Origin: Bacteroidia bacterium
GTDB taxonomy: Bacteria; Bacteroidota; Bacteroidia; 2-12-FULL-35-15
Length of the DNA: 51,811 nucleotides
Assembly (NCBI GenBank): GCA_035439365.1
Contig: DAORKB010000002.1
Span: forward strand, 1 to 51,811
Reading direction: 5' to 3'
Made by a program: the position numbers and the translations under genes. The notes under the pieces are model-generated. The model did no database searches. It saw only the letters and a list, made by a program, of their open reading frames with translations, and was not told the DNA's origin. This document shows, piece by piece, positions 1-9,520 of the stretch. The first letter of the stretch is position 1. Every line of letters begins with the position of its first letter.

Positions 1-52
1 AGCTTACGCACAGTTCTCGACTCCGCTCGAACTGACACAATCGCACAATTCA
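1..52. repeat. Partial copy (one arm) of a long imperfect palindromic intergenic repeat, cut by the window edge
   Basis: agcttacgcacagttctcgactccgctcgaactgacacaatcgcaca aligns by eye (about three quarters identical) with agcttgcacacagttctcaactgccatctaacggacacaacgcaca at 13046..13093. Confidence 0.5.
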
Positions 53-63
53 TCACTACAAAT

Positions 64-92
64 AAAAAAAGCCGCTACAAAACTGCAGCGGC
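64..92 (-). terminator. Rho-independent terminator of the 152..1507 gene
   Basis: Stem GCCGCT(71-76)/AGCGGC(87-92) with a 10-nt loop. The A7 run at 64-70 gives a U-tract on the minus strand immediately after the stem. Confidence 0.7.
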
Positions 93-127
93 TTTAATTG
101 AGAGATTATGCTATACATGCCTACCGT

Positions 128-155
128 GTAGGCCGAAGCTTCAGCGAAGGCCTAC
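128..155. repeat. REP-like short palindromic element (GTAGGCC...GGCCTAC) overlapping the stop codon of the 152..1507 gene
   Basis: gtaggccgaagcttcagcgaaggcctac; outer stem GTAGGC/GCCTAC. The core is about 21/28 identical to gtacgccgaagcgttagcgtaggagtaa at 9088..9115. Confidence 0.5.
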
Positions 156-1507
156 TCCGTTATAACAACCTTTTGCTTCAACCCTTCCTGGTCTCCGGTT
201 CCCATAATAACGTACAACCCATTTTTCAAACCAGTAATAGTTGTCGAATAGTTGTTGGATCCATTCAGTTGAAATGAATACACCGTTTGTCCCAATTGAT
301 TTACAATAATAAATGTTCCGGCATTAAGCGATTGAACATTGATCACATCACGACCAGGGTTTGGATAAACCGAAAGTAATGATGGAGCTGCATTTTCTGT
401 TTGTGCTTCCAAACCTGTTGTAAGGATTGGTACACATACAGAAGTATCTTTACATGTATTTAAGGTAATGATCACAGCATATTTCCCCGGCAAGGATGGT
501 GCTGTATAGCTTGAGTCATTCGCTCCCTGAATAATTGTGTTGGTATTACAGTTCATCCATTGATAAGAAGCCGTATTCTGACTAACTGCCTTAATTTTTA
601 ATCCATTCACTTTAACCGTGACATCCGGCAATTGATTGACCCTTGCCAATACTTCTTTTCTGGCAGATGAACAGCCTTTTTGAAAAGCAGAAACATAGAA
701 AGTTGTTGATGTTGAAATAACAGGTGTTGTAAAAATAGTTCCTGTTCCTAATATAGCTCCTCCTGTAGGCGTTGAATACCAGCGTAAGTCACCTTCGCTT
801 GCTGTTGCACTCAATACCAATGCACCTTCCAAACAGCGGCTTCCGGGATTTGTTGAGGTAACAACAGGAATCACTGTATACATGGATATCTGGATTGTTT
901 GTGACAAAATCTTGGAGCAACCACCTGCTGTTGTTGATGCATACACATTATAAGATGCTGTGGCGTCAATAGGTCCGGTACTTATGCTTAATTCATTACC
1001 ATTTCCTGCATATGGTCCGCTAATGGTTTTCGTTCCAACTCTTAAATAATAATCAACACCGGGTTGTGTGAACCCAATAATAATATTAGTTGAATCACCT
1101 CTGCAAACTTGCGTTGTTTGTGCTGAAATATCCTGATCATTGATCGTAAAATTCAAAGTAGCAATATCCGATGTCACGGAATCACCTCCTCCGGTAACGA
1201 TACAACGATAACTGGCAATGTCCCTTGGTGAATACAATACAAGTGTATCATCGGTTCCACCTGGTACATCGTCCCAGGTTGTAATTCCATTTACTTTTAC
1301 TTGCCAGCGGTAAGTATCAGCTCCGCTTGCAACAATGCTATAATACGTATCATCACCCTGACAAACTATTCTGTTAACAGGTTGTGTCGTAATAATTGGT
1401 GATGCAGTTGTGATCGCGATCGCAAATGTTTTGATCGTTGTTAAAGAGAACAACACCACTGCAGAAAGGCCTTTTAAGATATGGCTAAGACTGTAATTGT
1501 TTTTCAT
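152..1507 (-). CDS. Secreted Ig-like repeat (adhesin-like) protein with T9SS C-terminal sorting domain
   Basis: 451-aa ORF. N-terminal signal peptide. Ig-like modules of the QP..C.G...Y.W and C..G...L.A....WY...GG type. C-terminus SVYPNPGRDVINV...NGLYVIM...KQKVVI fits the T9SS type A CTD pattern. Confidence 0.85.
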   Translation of the reverse strand: MKNNYSLSHILKGLSAVVLFSLTTIKTFAIAITTASPIITTQPVNRIVCQGDDTYYSIVASGADTYRWQVKVNGITTWDDVPGGTDDTLVLYSPRDIASYRCIVTGGGDSVTSDIATLNFTINDQDISAQTTQVCRGDSTNIIIGFTQPGVDYYLRVGTKTISGPYAGNGNELSISTGPIDATASYNVYASTTAGGCSKILSQTIQISMYTVIPVVTSTNPGSRCLEGALVLSATASEGDLRWYSTPTGGAILGTGTIFTTPVISTSTTFYVSAFQKGCSSARKEVLARVNQLPDVTVKVNGLKIKAVSQNTASYQWMNCNTNTIIQGANDSSYTAPSLPGKYAVIITLNTCKDTSVCVPILTTGLEAQTENAAPSLLSVYPNPGRDVINVQSLNAGTFIIVNQLGQTVYSFQLNGSNNYSTTITGLKNGLYVIMGTGDQEGLKQKVVITE

Positions 1508-2152
1508 TTTTTAGTTTCTTTAGTAGTGTAATAACATGCTACGTTAAAATTATGGTTTTACTGAGCGCTCCAAAAATAAGGGCATTTTTCTATTTTACTT
1601 CTTCCACTCCGACGATATTTCAACAACTAATTCTGTAAATCTTTTTCTACAAAAACTCGCTTTTAAAATTAAAATCATTTCAACTTCTCAAAAATGATAA
1701 ATCATCCTTATTCTTACTTCCCTCCTTTCCGATCTAACTCACCAACCGATCTTTAAATTAACTTCAATCGGGTATAAAAACTTCATTAATAAAGCAATTT
1801 AGCAAATTGCTTCTTCATTTCCTAACAATTAAAATAGAATATAAGGCACGCGGGGGCATTTACCCTCTCAATACCATGGATGAACTTTATTTTTTGATAG
1901 ACGATTGTTAAAAATCAAAACATAAACCTCCAAATACGCTTAAGTTGATTTTCTGGCAAATTGAGGAAAAAGGTTTCGTTTTCAAACTACATTTATCAGA
2001 ATTTATTAAGATGTATTCCATGTGTAAAAATTTGCCTTAAATTAGTGTAAAATTCACCCTATTATTGAATCCCAAGGACATAATTACCCGTATCACACTA
2101 TTAAACTAACAATCATTCCCGTTCTTTTCATTATCCTCTTAACTCGTGTACC

Positions 2153-4894
2153 ATGAAACATTTTTGCTCTCTTTTAATGAATGTAACAACGTTACAAACA
2201 TCTCTCAAGCCCATTAGGGTTAACTTGTCTGTTCTTTTTATCTGTATGTTCTCCATATGCTATGGAGCAACGTATACATCAACCGGTACCACGACAAACT
2301 GGAACCTGGGAACTACGTGGGGTGGTGTATCCACGCCTGGCTCCGGAGATAATGTTGTTATTGCAGCAGGGACTACTGTCATTATAAATACCAGCCCCGG
2401 TGTTACACTGGGCAGCATCACCGTAAACGGCACCTTGGAATTTCAGGCCGGAACTTCCCGCGCACTTGTGTGTACCAGCGTATCAGTTGCCAGTACAGGA
2501 ACCTTCAGAACCAATGCAAGTGGTACCGTTACCGGACATACACTTTCTGTAAGCGGAAGCATTACCAACGGTGGCACTTTGGATTTTTATACAAATAGTG
2601 GAAATGCGGCTGCCAGCATTACCTTTACGGGCTCTTCAAACACCACCTTTTCAGGCGCCGGAGCTACTACAGATATCTATTTGATTACCGTGAATAAAGG
2701 CTCCAGTCCTACCTACGCTGTTGATTTAACTGTCAGCAACTTTACCGTAAGAGGTTCCTCATCAGATGTAGCCGGATTTTTAACGCTTAGCAATGGTACG
2801 TTTAAAATATCCGGCTCCTTTACAATGACCAACAGGGTGTTTACCAGTGCTTCTTATTCAATAACAAGCAATACAGGATTCTATTTAAATAACCCCAACT
2901 TCACCGTAGCCGCACAAACTGGGAGTGTCGGTTGGTATGGTGAAATCACCATTGATGATGGAACATTTAATGTCGGTTCGGCTTCTGATGATAACCTCTA
3001 TTATGGTGGAAGTGGAGCCAATTCGGTTTTTGTGATAAATGGCGGTGCCATCAACGTTGCCGGCTCCTTACAACCCTACGCTGATCCAACATACAATTAT
3101 ACTTATTATGTGGATTATACCCAAACCGGAGGAACGGTTACCTGTTGTACCGTGGGTAATACAGATGGAGGCGCATCAGGTAGAGGCTTACCATCGATGT
3201 GGATTACCCGATACTCATCTTTTACCATGTCCGGAGGTACAATCGTCATCAGAGGCCAAAATATAAATTGGAATTATGACTATGATTGTTCGGCTGATAC
3301 ACGCTCCATCACAGGAGGTACCGTGCAAATTGGTGATGCCTCATCCGGAACTGCTAAACGATATGGTATAACGGGTTACTTTCCCAATCTTGTTATTACA
3401 AATACTTCTGGAAACCATTCCGCCGAATTCTATCAAAAAATATATACACCTTATATCTACTTAACAACAACATTGCAGAGCAATACTACACTTGACGCTA
3501 ATACAAATAGCCTTGGTGCTACCTTTGTTGGTGACATTACAATGAATTCAGGATCGACATTCGATGCTGGTACTGTCACTCATACGGTAAAAGGCAACTG
3601 GATTAATAATGGTACGCTGACTTATCGGACAAGTACTTTTTATTTTAATGGAAGCAGCCTCCAAACCATTTCAGGTTCCGCGAATCTGAATTTTTATAAT
3701 GTAGAGTTGAACAATTCAGCCGGAATGGCACTTTCACCAAACACGGGTGTTGTAACAGCTTTCAGACACTTGTTAAAATTCACTTCCGGAAAAATAACGC
3801 TTAATGATTATGATTTGGAATTGGAAGCATCTCAGGATGGAAGTAGTGGAATATCCGGTTCCCCTGGTTCTACTAACTTTATTGTGACAAATGGTACCGG
3901 TGTGTTTAGACGATATAATATTGGAAGCGCTGCCGGTAAACGTACAACTGCACTGTACCCTATTGGCTATACATCCAGTACCTATTCACCGGTAACACTA
4001 AACGTAACCAGCACCACCACCACCGATAATTTTTCTGCCCGCGTTTCCCAGGGTGTCTATTATGCCGGAACTTCAGGAAGCGTTTATACTACTAAAACGG
4101 TTGACAGAACCTGGAACGTAAGCGAAGGCACCGCTGGGGGATCCAATGTTCAACTTACGTTTCAATGGACATCGTCGCTTGAAACAACTTCATTTACAAG
4201 AAACAGCTGTTATGTTGGGCACTATACGGGTGGCGCATGGCAGGTATCCGGTAACGCTGCTGCCAGTGGCAGTAACCCCTATACGAGAACATCCGGAACA
4301 CAAACTTCGTTTTCCCCTTTTGCTATTGCATCAGGATCATCGCCTTTGCCTGTTGAATTACTGACCTTTGATGCTAAACCCAATAACGATCAGGTACTAA
4401 CAAAATGGAGCACAGCATCCGAAAAAAACAACGACTTTTTTACCCTGGAACGTTCCAAAGATGGGGTCAATTTTGAAAAATTAAAAACAGTACCTGGCGC
4501 AGGAAATAGTGACCGTATAGTAAACTATGCTGAAAAAGATGAGGAACCTTTAAACGGTATTTCATACTATCGCTTAAAACAAACAGATTACGATGGTAAG
4601 ACAAGCTATTCCCAAATTGTACCCATCGAATTTAATTCTTCCAGCAATGCCCGTGTTCAATACAATACGGCAGAAAATAATGCGACTACACTCTATTATA
4701 ATTTGTCGGCAAATGCACTGGTAACAATAGAAATTATTGATAGCAACGGAAAACAAATTGCTGTACTGTCAGAAAATCAATACCAATATTTCGGAACTCA
4801 TCAACAAACGTTGAATTTTGAAGGCAGCGCCGGGATCTATTATGCTAAAATCACAATTAACGGTACACCAACCATTTGCAAGTTTGTGCACTAA
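2153..4894 (+). CDS. Large secreted beta-helix/adhesin-like protein with T9SS C-terminal sorting domain
   Basis: 913-aa ORF. Signal peptide (start may be the ATG at 2177). G/T/S/N-rich repetitive body typical of parallel beta-helix surface proteins. Conserved ELLTFDAKP...YYRLKQTDYDGK module followed by a CTD-like tail (ALVTIEIIDSNGKQ...GIYYAKITING). Confidence 0.85.
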   Translation: MKHFCSLLMNVTTLQTSLKPIRVNLSVLFICMFSICYGATYTSTGTTTNWNLGTTWGGVSTPGSGDNVVIAAGTTVIINTSPGVTLGSITVNGTLEFQAGTSRALVCTSVSVASTGTFRTNASGTVTGHTLSVSGSITNGGTLDFYTNSGNAAASITFTGSSNTTFSGAGATTDIYLITVNKGSSPTYAVDLTVSNFTVRGSSSDVAGFLTLSNGTFKISGSFTMTNRVFTSASYSITSNTGFYLNNPNFTVAAQTGSVGWYGEITIDDGTFNVGSASDDNLYYGGSGANSVFVINGGAINVAGSLQPYADPTYNYTYYVDYTQTGGTVTCCTVGNTDGGASGRGLPSMWITRYSSFTMSGGTIVIRGQNINWNYDYDCSADTRSITGGTVQIGDASSGTAKRYGITGYFPNLVITNTSGNHSAEFYQKIYTPYIYLTTTLQSNTTLDANTNSLGATFVGDITMNSGSTFDAGTVTHTVKGNWINNGTLTYRTSTFYFNGSSLQTISGSANLNFYNVELNNSAGMALSPNTGVVTAFRHLLKFTSGKITLNDYDLELEASQDGSSGISGSPGSTNFIVTNGTGVFRRYNIGSAAGKRTTALYPIGYTSSTYSPVTLNVTSTTTTDNFSARVSQGVYYAGTSGSVYTTKTVDRTWNVSEGTAGGSNVQLTFQWTSSLETTSFTRNSCYVGHYTGGAWQVSGNAAASGSNPYTRTSGTQTSFSPFAIASGSSPLPVELLTFDAKPNNDQVLTKWSTASEKNNDFFTLERSKDGVNFEKLKTVPGAGNSDRIVNYAEKDEEPLNGISYYRLKQTDYDGKTSYSQIVPIEFNSSSNARVQYNTAENNATTLYYNLSANALVTIEIIDSNGKQIAVLSENQYQYFGTHQQTLNFEGSAGIYYAKITINGTPTICKFVH

Positions 4895-4900
4895 AGTTGA

Positions 4901-5272
4901 CTAATGCGTTGCAAGTTCTTCAACCGTTAACACATCCAGATAAGGTGGTCCCCCTTCAATGGGGTACCCCTCAATCAACATTCCGGTTAAGCTCACTTTT
5001 TTCCCTTTATAATTGAGCAATTGAACAGCATCACTTTTTAAAGCGTATAGCGTTTTTCCGCTTTGATCAACCAATATAAAAGTTCCATACTGGTAGCTTG
5101 TTGTTCCTTGAGGTAACAATGTCCCCACCACCTTTATACTGGCAACGGATTTATGAGGCGTTGTTGCTTCTGTTACAGCCGGGCCTGTGCTTTTACAACC
5201 ATTAATTGTGAAAAATTCAAAACCCGCAAAAATGATACACAGACCACTCCTTACTATTTTTTTTATTATCAT
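4901..5272 (-). CDS. Small hypothetical lipoprotein
   Basis: 123-aa ORF with a hydrophobic N-terminus and a Cys (TINGCKS) consistent with a lipobox. No family recognised. Confidence 0.6.
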   Translation of the reverse strand: MIIKKIVRSGLCIIFAGFEFFTINGCKSTGPAVTEATTPHKSVASIKVVGTLLPQGTTSYQYGTFILVDQSGKTLYALKSDAVQLLNYKGKKVSLTGMLIEGYPIEGGPPYLDVLTVEELATH

Positions 5273-5466
5273 CGGATACTAATTTTATTTACTGGAATAA
5301 ACACACTTGCTCTTGCAAATTTATCAAAATAGCTAATATTAAGAAATGACGAGCCTTTAAAACGCTTGACAACCGGCAGTATTTTGTTAAAAAATTTAAT
5401 TTTCATAAAAAAGAATGGTATTTTAAGCGCCTCAAATTTAAATTAACACTAATTAATCCAAAAAAA

Positions 5467-8394
5467 ATGCTCCTAAAAACCAAAACCGCAATGGTGTTTT
5501 TTTTCGGTATCAGTTGTTGTTTTTTTCAAACAACAACACAAGCCGGGAACACTACACCAAAATCAAAAAGCACAAATTCGTACAAATCGTTTCAAATGCC
5601 ATCCGGCGTTACGGAAGCAGATTATGTGCCGAATGCCATTATTTTCAAACTTAAACCCGCTTACCGCAACAACATTCAGGATGCAGCTTTAAAAACTGTT
5701 TTCAATGAATTACAAACGCAGGATGTAAAAAAAATATTTCCTGAACAAACACCGGTGTATGTAAAAAATTCTCCTACTCAACCGGACCTATCACTTATTT
5801 ACGAGCTTCACTTCAATGGCAACATGCAATTAGAGGAAGCGATCAATAAAGTACTGGCGACAGGATTGGTTGACTATGCCGAGCCGCGTTACATACAATA
5901 TGAGCATTCGGTAAAAATCGATGCCAAGAGTATACTTGCTGCCTTTAATCCGAATGACCCGGATCTTACAAATGGAAACTCCGGTAGCATGTATTACATT
6001 AACCGTATTAAGTGCCCTGATGCCTGGGGAGTTAATACAACTACTGCACGTGGAGATACAAATACCGTAATTGGAATTGTTGATTCAGGAACAGATATCG
6101 ACCACCCGGACTTGAAAACAAAAATAAAATACAATTACAACGATCCGATCAACGGCAAGGATGATGACAATGATGGATACATTGATAATTTCCGTGGATG
6201 GGACATGAGTGAAAATGACAACAACCCAAACGTAGATAATAGTGACCACGGTTCACACGTTTCGGGATGTGCAGCTGCTGCTACTAATAACGGAATTGGT
6301 GTAGCAAGTCCAGGGTTTAATTGCACCTTCCTCCCTGTAAAATGTGCTAAAAAAACCAGCACAGCACAAATTGATAACGGATATGAAGGAATCAAATATG
6401 CTGCTGATCATGGTTGCAAAATCATCAACTGTTCATGGGGTGGACCAGGTGGCGGACAGTTTGCGTTGGATGTAATTGAATATGCTACTTATACAAAAGG
6501 GGCATTGGTTGTTGCTTCTGCAGGAAATGCAAACAATGAAGTTCAAAACTTTCCCGGATCCTTCGACCTTGTATTATGTGTTGCTTCTACAACGAGCAAC
6601 GATACCAGATCTAGTTTTTCTACCTATGGACATACCATTGATGTTTGCTCACCTGGAAGTGGCATCCGTTCAACGGTATACGACAACAGCTATACCAATA
6701 TGGATGGAACATCTATGGCTGGTCCGATTTGCGCAGGCGCTGCTGCCATCGTAAAAACATTTTATCCTTCTTACACTGCCTTACAGGTAGCGGAACAATT
6801 AAAAGCTACAGCGGATGATATCTACAGCCTAAACACTAATTTCAAAGAAAAATTAGGTACAGGACGTATTAACTTATACAGAGCGCTTACAGAAACTCCA
6901 ACTTCCGTTTGGATGCGTCCGTTAAACATCAGCGATAACAATGACGATGTGTTTATTGTAAATGACACACTGTATATTACCGGATCAATTGTAAACTATT
7001 TAAAAGCAACAACGAGTCTTACCGCAACACTATCAAGCAGCAGTGCGAACGCTACCGTTTTAAGTTCTACACTTAATCCAGGTGCGATGGCCACATTGGG
7101 AACATTTGCCGTTAATAATACGAATGCTTTCAAAGTCCTTATTAAACCAGGTACACCGGTAAATGCTTTAATACCTTTTAAAATTACCTATACAGATGGT
7201 TCTTATACATCGTACCAATATTTTGACTTAACCGTGAATGTGGATTATGTGAACATTTCCATTAACGATGTTTCTTCTACAAACACCAGCAGAGGGCGTA
7301 TTGGTTGGAACAACAGTGATGGAACCGGTGGACTTGGATTTACCTATAAAGATTCTTCTCTTGTATTTGAATCTGGTTTAATGATCGGAACATCTTCTTC
7401 CAAAGTATCGGATAATTTAAGAGGTTCTACTTCTGGTAAATCAGATACCGATTTTACTTCTGTACAAACAGTAAAAGAAATCAAACCTCCATTCAAAGCA
7501 GAACACGAAACAGGTGGTATCTTTAATGACAATGGAGCAACCAGCAAAATTGGTGTACAAGTAAGACACAAAACCTATGCATGGACAACTCCAGGCGATA
7601 GAAAATACATCATCTTTGAATACACCATTAAAAATACAAGTGGTGCCACACTCAGTAATTTATATGCCGGTATCGCTACCGATTGGGATATCACTACCGG
7701 TACTGCGGGCAGCAACAAAGGTGATACGGATCAGGGAAATAAACTGGGATATGTATACAGCACTGCCGGTGGAAAACAATTTGGTGGCGTTCGCTTATTA
7801 ACCAAAGGTGGTTTCCTGCATTACGTAATTGATAACGTAAGCGGTGGCGGCGGAGGAGTTGATATCTCCGATCAAACAAATTACTTCTCAACTTCTGAAA
7901 AATATACGACCTTATCTACAAATCGTTTAAAAGGTGGTGAAACAGCGGCCGCTGGAAACGATGTGATGGATGTTGTTTCATCGGGTCCATTTACCATCAC
8001 TGCAAATGATTCAGTGAAAGTTGCTTTTGCCATGCTAGCAGGTGATGATTTAACAGATCTTATTAATTCCGCTACGAATGCACAAATAAAATATGATATT
8101 GTAACAAGTATTCCTGATGGAGAAAAAGCTTCTGCCTTTTCATTGAAACAGAATTATCCAAATCCGGTAAATGCTTCGCAAACCATTATTGAGTTTAACC
8201 TTCCTCAGTCAACACCAGCTGAATTAACTGTTTACAATGCGCTTGGACAGAAAGTATCAACTGCATTTAGTTCTCAATTAAGTGAAGGTGCACATCAATT
8301 TAATCTGAATGTTACAAACTATAAAAGTGGAATCTATTTTTATGAATTAAAGGCTGGTGAAAACAGAGCCATCATGAAAATGGTTGTACAGTAA
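5467..8394 (+). CDS. S8 family (subtilisin-like) serine peptidase with T9SS C-terminal sorting domain
   Basis: 975-aa ORF. Catalytic triad motifs in D-H-S order: GIVDSGTDIDHPDL, HGSHVSGCAAA, GTSMAGPICAGAAA. Signal peptide. C-terminus LKQNYPNPVNASQTIIEFNL...SGIYFYELKAGENRAIMKMVV is a typical T9SS CTD. Confidence 0.93.
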   Translation: MLLKTKTAMVFFFGISCCFFQTTTQAGNTTPKSKSTNSYKSFQMPSGVTEADYVPNAIIFKLKPAYRNNIQDAALKTVFNELQTQDVKKIFPEQTPVYVKNSPTQPDLSLIYELHFNGNMQLEEAINKVLATGLVDYAEPRYIQYEHSVKIDAKSILAAFNPNDPDLTNGNSGSMYYINRIKCPDAWGVNTTTARGDTNTVIGIVDSGTDIDHPDLKTKIKYNYNDPINGKDDDNDGYIDNFRGWDMSENDNNPNVDNSDHGSHVSGCAAAATNNGIGVASPGFNCTFLPVKCAKKTSTAQIDNGYEGIKYAADHGCKIINCSWGGPGGGQFALDVIEYATYTKGALVVASAGNANNEVQNFPGSFDLVLCVASTTSNDTRSSFSTYGHTIDVCSPGSGIRSTVYDNSYTNMDGTSMAGPICAGAAAIVKTFYPSYTALQVAEQLKATADDIYSLNTNFKEKLGTGRINLYRALTETPTSVWMRPLNISDNNDDVFIVNDTLYITGSIVNYLKATTSLTATLSSSSANATVLSSTLNPGAMATLGTFAVNNTNAFKVLIKPGTPVNALIPFKITYTDGSYTSYQYFDLTVNVDYVNISINDVSSTNTSRGRIGWNNSDGTGGLGFTYKDSSLVFESGLMIGTSSSKVSDNLRGSTSGKSDTDFTSVQTVKEIKPPFKAEHETGGIFNDNGATSKIGVQVRHKTYAWTTPGDRKYIIFEYTIKNTSGATLSNLYAGIATDWDITTGTAGSNKGDTDQGNKLGYVYSTAGGKQFGGVRLLTKGGFLHYVIDNVSGGGGGVDISDQTNYFSTSEKYTTLSTNRLKGGETAAAGNDVMDVVSSGPFTITANDSVKVAFAMLAGDDLTDLINSATNAQIKYDIVTSIPDGEKASAFSLKQNYPNPVNASQTIIEFNLPQSTPAELTVYNALGQKVSTAFSSQLSEGAHQFNLNVTNYKSGIYFYELKAGENRAIMKMVVQ

Positions 8395-8443
8395 TAGTTT
8401 GAAGTCCCGATAACTACTGGGATTAGACATGACACATAATGAG

Positions 8444-8480
8444 AAATCCCAAAGGTTTTAAAAACCTTTGGGATTTTTTT
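8444..8480 (+). terminator. Rho-independent terminator of the S8 peptidase gene
   Basis: Perfect hairpin ATCCCAAAGGTTTT/AAAACCTTTGGGAT followed by T7. Confidence 0.85.
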
Positions 8481-8642
8481 CTTGCCATTCCAGCTTATTT
8501 CCACTTCCAGCTTAGCTCTTCACGATACGGCACATTGCACATATTTGCTAACTTCTTTAACTCGTTTTTTAATTCTATTAAATTATTAATCCGATATTTT
8601 GGTAAAATAACAGTAGCCCCTATTTTTGTTCTGATTAAAAAG

Positions 8643-8972
8643 TTATCGCTCCTTCATTTTCGTAATCGTCAACTCATCCGTCGCTTTATCCCACTTTACT
8701 TTATAAGAAAACTGTTTGAAAAAATGAGTCAATTGCTTTTTAAAATCCAGCCAGCCCGAACCATTCGCATGTTTTTGAGAAATAATTTCATTGTACCAGG
8801 CAGCAATATTCTTTAAATCCTCATCCGTAAAACTTTGTGCTGCAATAATGAAATTAATTATTTTTGAAGTGGTTTCATGCTCCGGCTGAAAATCGCCTTC
8901 GCAATTTCGCTCAAAATATTTTTTGACCGGTCTTAAATTTTGAATCGCAAGTTGTTGATCTTTGTTGAACAT
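8643..8972 (-). CDS. Small cytoplasmic hypothetical protein (orphan)
   Basis: 109-aa ORF with protein-like composition and no signal peptide. The overlapping plus-strand ORF 8439..8816 looks spurious. Confidence 0.6.
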   Translation of the reverse strand: MFNKDQQLAIQNLRPVKKYFERNCEGDFQPEHETTSKIINFIIAAQSFTDEDLKNIAAWYNEIISQKHANGSGWLDFKKQLTHFFKQFSYKVKWDKATDELTITKMKER

Positions 8973-9068
8973 AATCGTATCATTTGATTCTGTATTTCAA
9001 ATGTAATTAATTAAACAGTTCTATTGTATAACAACATATTAGATTTGAGATACTGAGGCAATAAAAAA

Positions 9069-9129
9069 CCCCAAAGGTTTTTACTGCGTACGCCGAAGCG
9101 TTAGCGTAGGAGTAAAACCTTTGGGATTT
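9069..9129 (-). terminator. Composite palindrome: a CCCAAAGGTTTT/AAAACCTTTGGG hairpin carrying a 32-nt REP-like insert in its loop. Likely terminator of 9145..9504
   Basis: The arms are identical to the 8444..8480 terminator (12-mer at 9070..9081, 16-mer at 9114..9129). The loop holds gtacgccgaagcgttagcgtagg. On the minus strand the structure is followed by TTTTTTATT. Confidence 0.6.
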
Positions 9130-9144
9130 CCTATGTGCACCAAA

Positions 9145-9504
9145 CTAACGTGAAGATCTCACGTTGCTGCCTAAAGCTGTATTATAACGAATGGTTACAT
9201 CACCTGCCGAAGGAGTTGGAAACAATTGTAATTCACTTGTTAACCCGGCAATTTTTTCAGGAATAATACCGGTTGCTTTTAAAACAATACCACCGTCTCC
9301 TACAACATTACAATCGTGATTATTACACGTAATCGCATTTCGTTTTTGTGTTGTATTTGTTTCTTGAACTGTCCAGTGCTCTTCTCCATCAATTGTTTTG
9401 ATCATTGTTCCGTTATCTCCTACTGCATAACAGTTATTGTTATCAGTAGAAATAAAAGTTTGATTTAATTGCAGATTGATCCCGGAAGGATCAAATGAAA
9501 ACAT
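9145..9504 (-). pseudogene. Remnant of a BNR/Ycf48-like beta-propeller T9SS cargo gene (both ends truncated)
   Basis: The 119-aa ORF contains only two propeller-like blades (AVGDNGTMIKTIDGEEHW, VVGDGGIVLKATG). It also carries the first ~24 residues of a T9SS CTD (LQLFPTPSAGDVTIRYNTALGSN), then ends in residues encoded by a small palindrome (AACGTGA-agatc-TCACGTT). Confidence 0.5.
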
Positions 9505-9520
9505 ACACTTTACTTTTCAG

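Noticed and set aside
1416-1423. GCGATCGC (cyanobacterial HIP1-like palindrome) within gatcgcgatcgc
   Set aside because: I saw only one occurrence, and it lies inside a coding region. There is no sign of an iterated palindrome, and the rest of the window is Bacteroidota-like.
8439-8816. 125-aa plus-strand ORF from the track
   Set aside because: - It begins inside the terminator hairpin of the S8 peptidase gene.
- It has a low-complexity, Phe/Ile/Leu/Arg-rich composition.
- It overlaps the more protein-like minus-strand 109-aa ORF. It is probably a shadow ORF.
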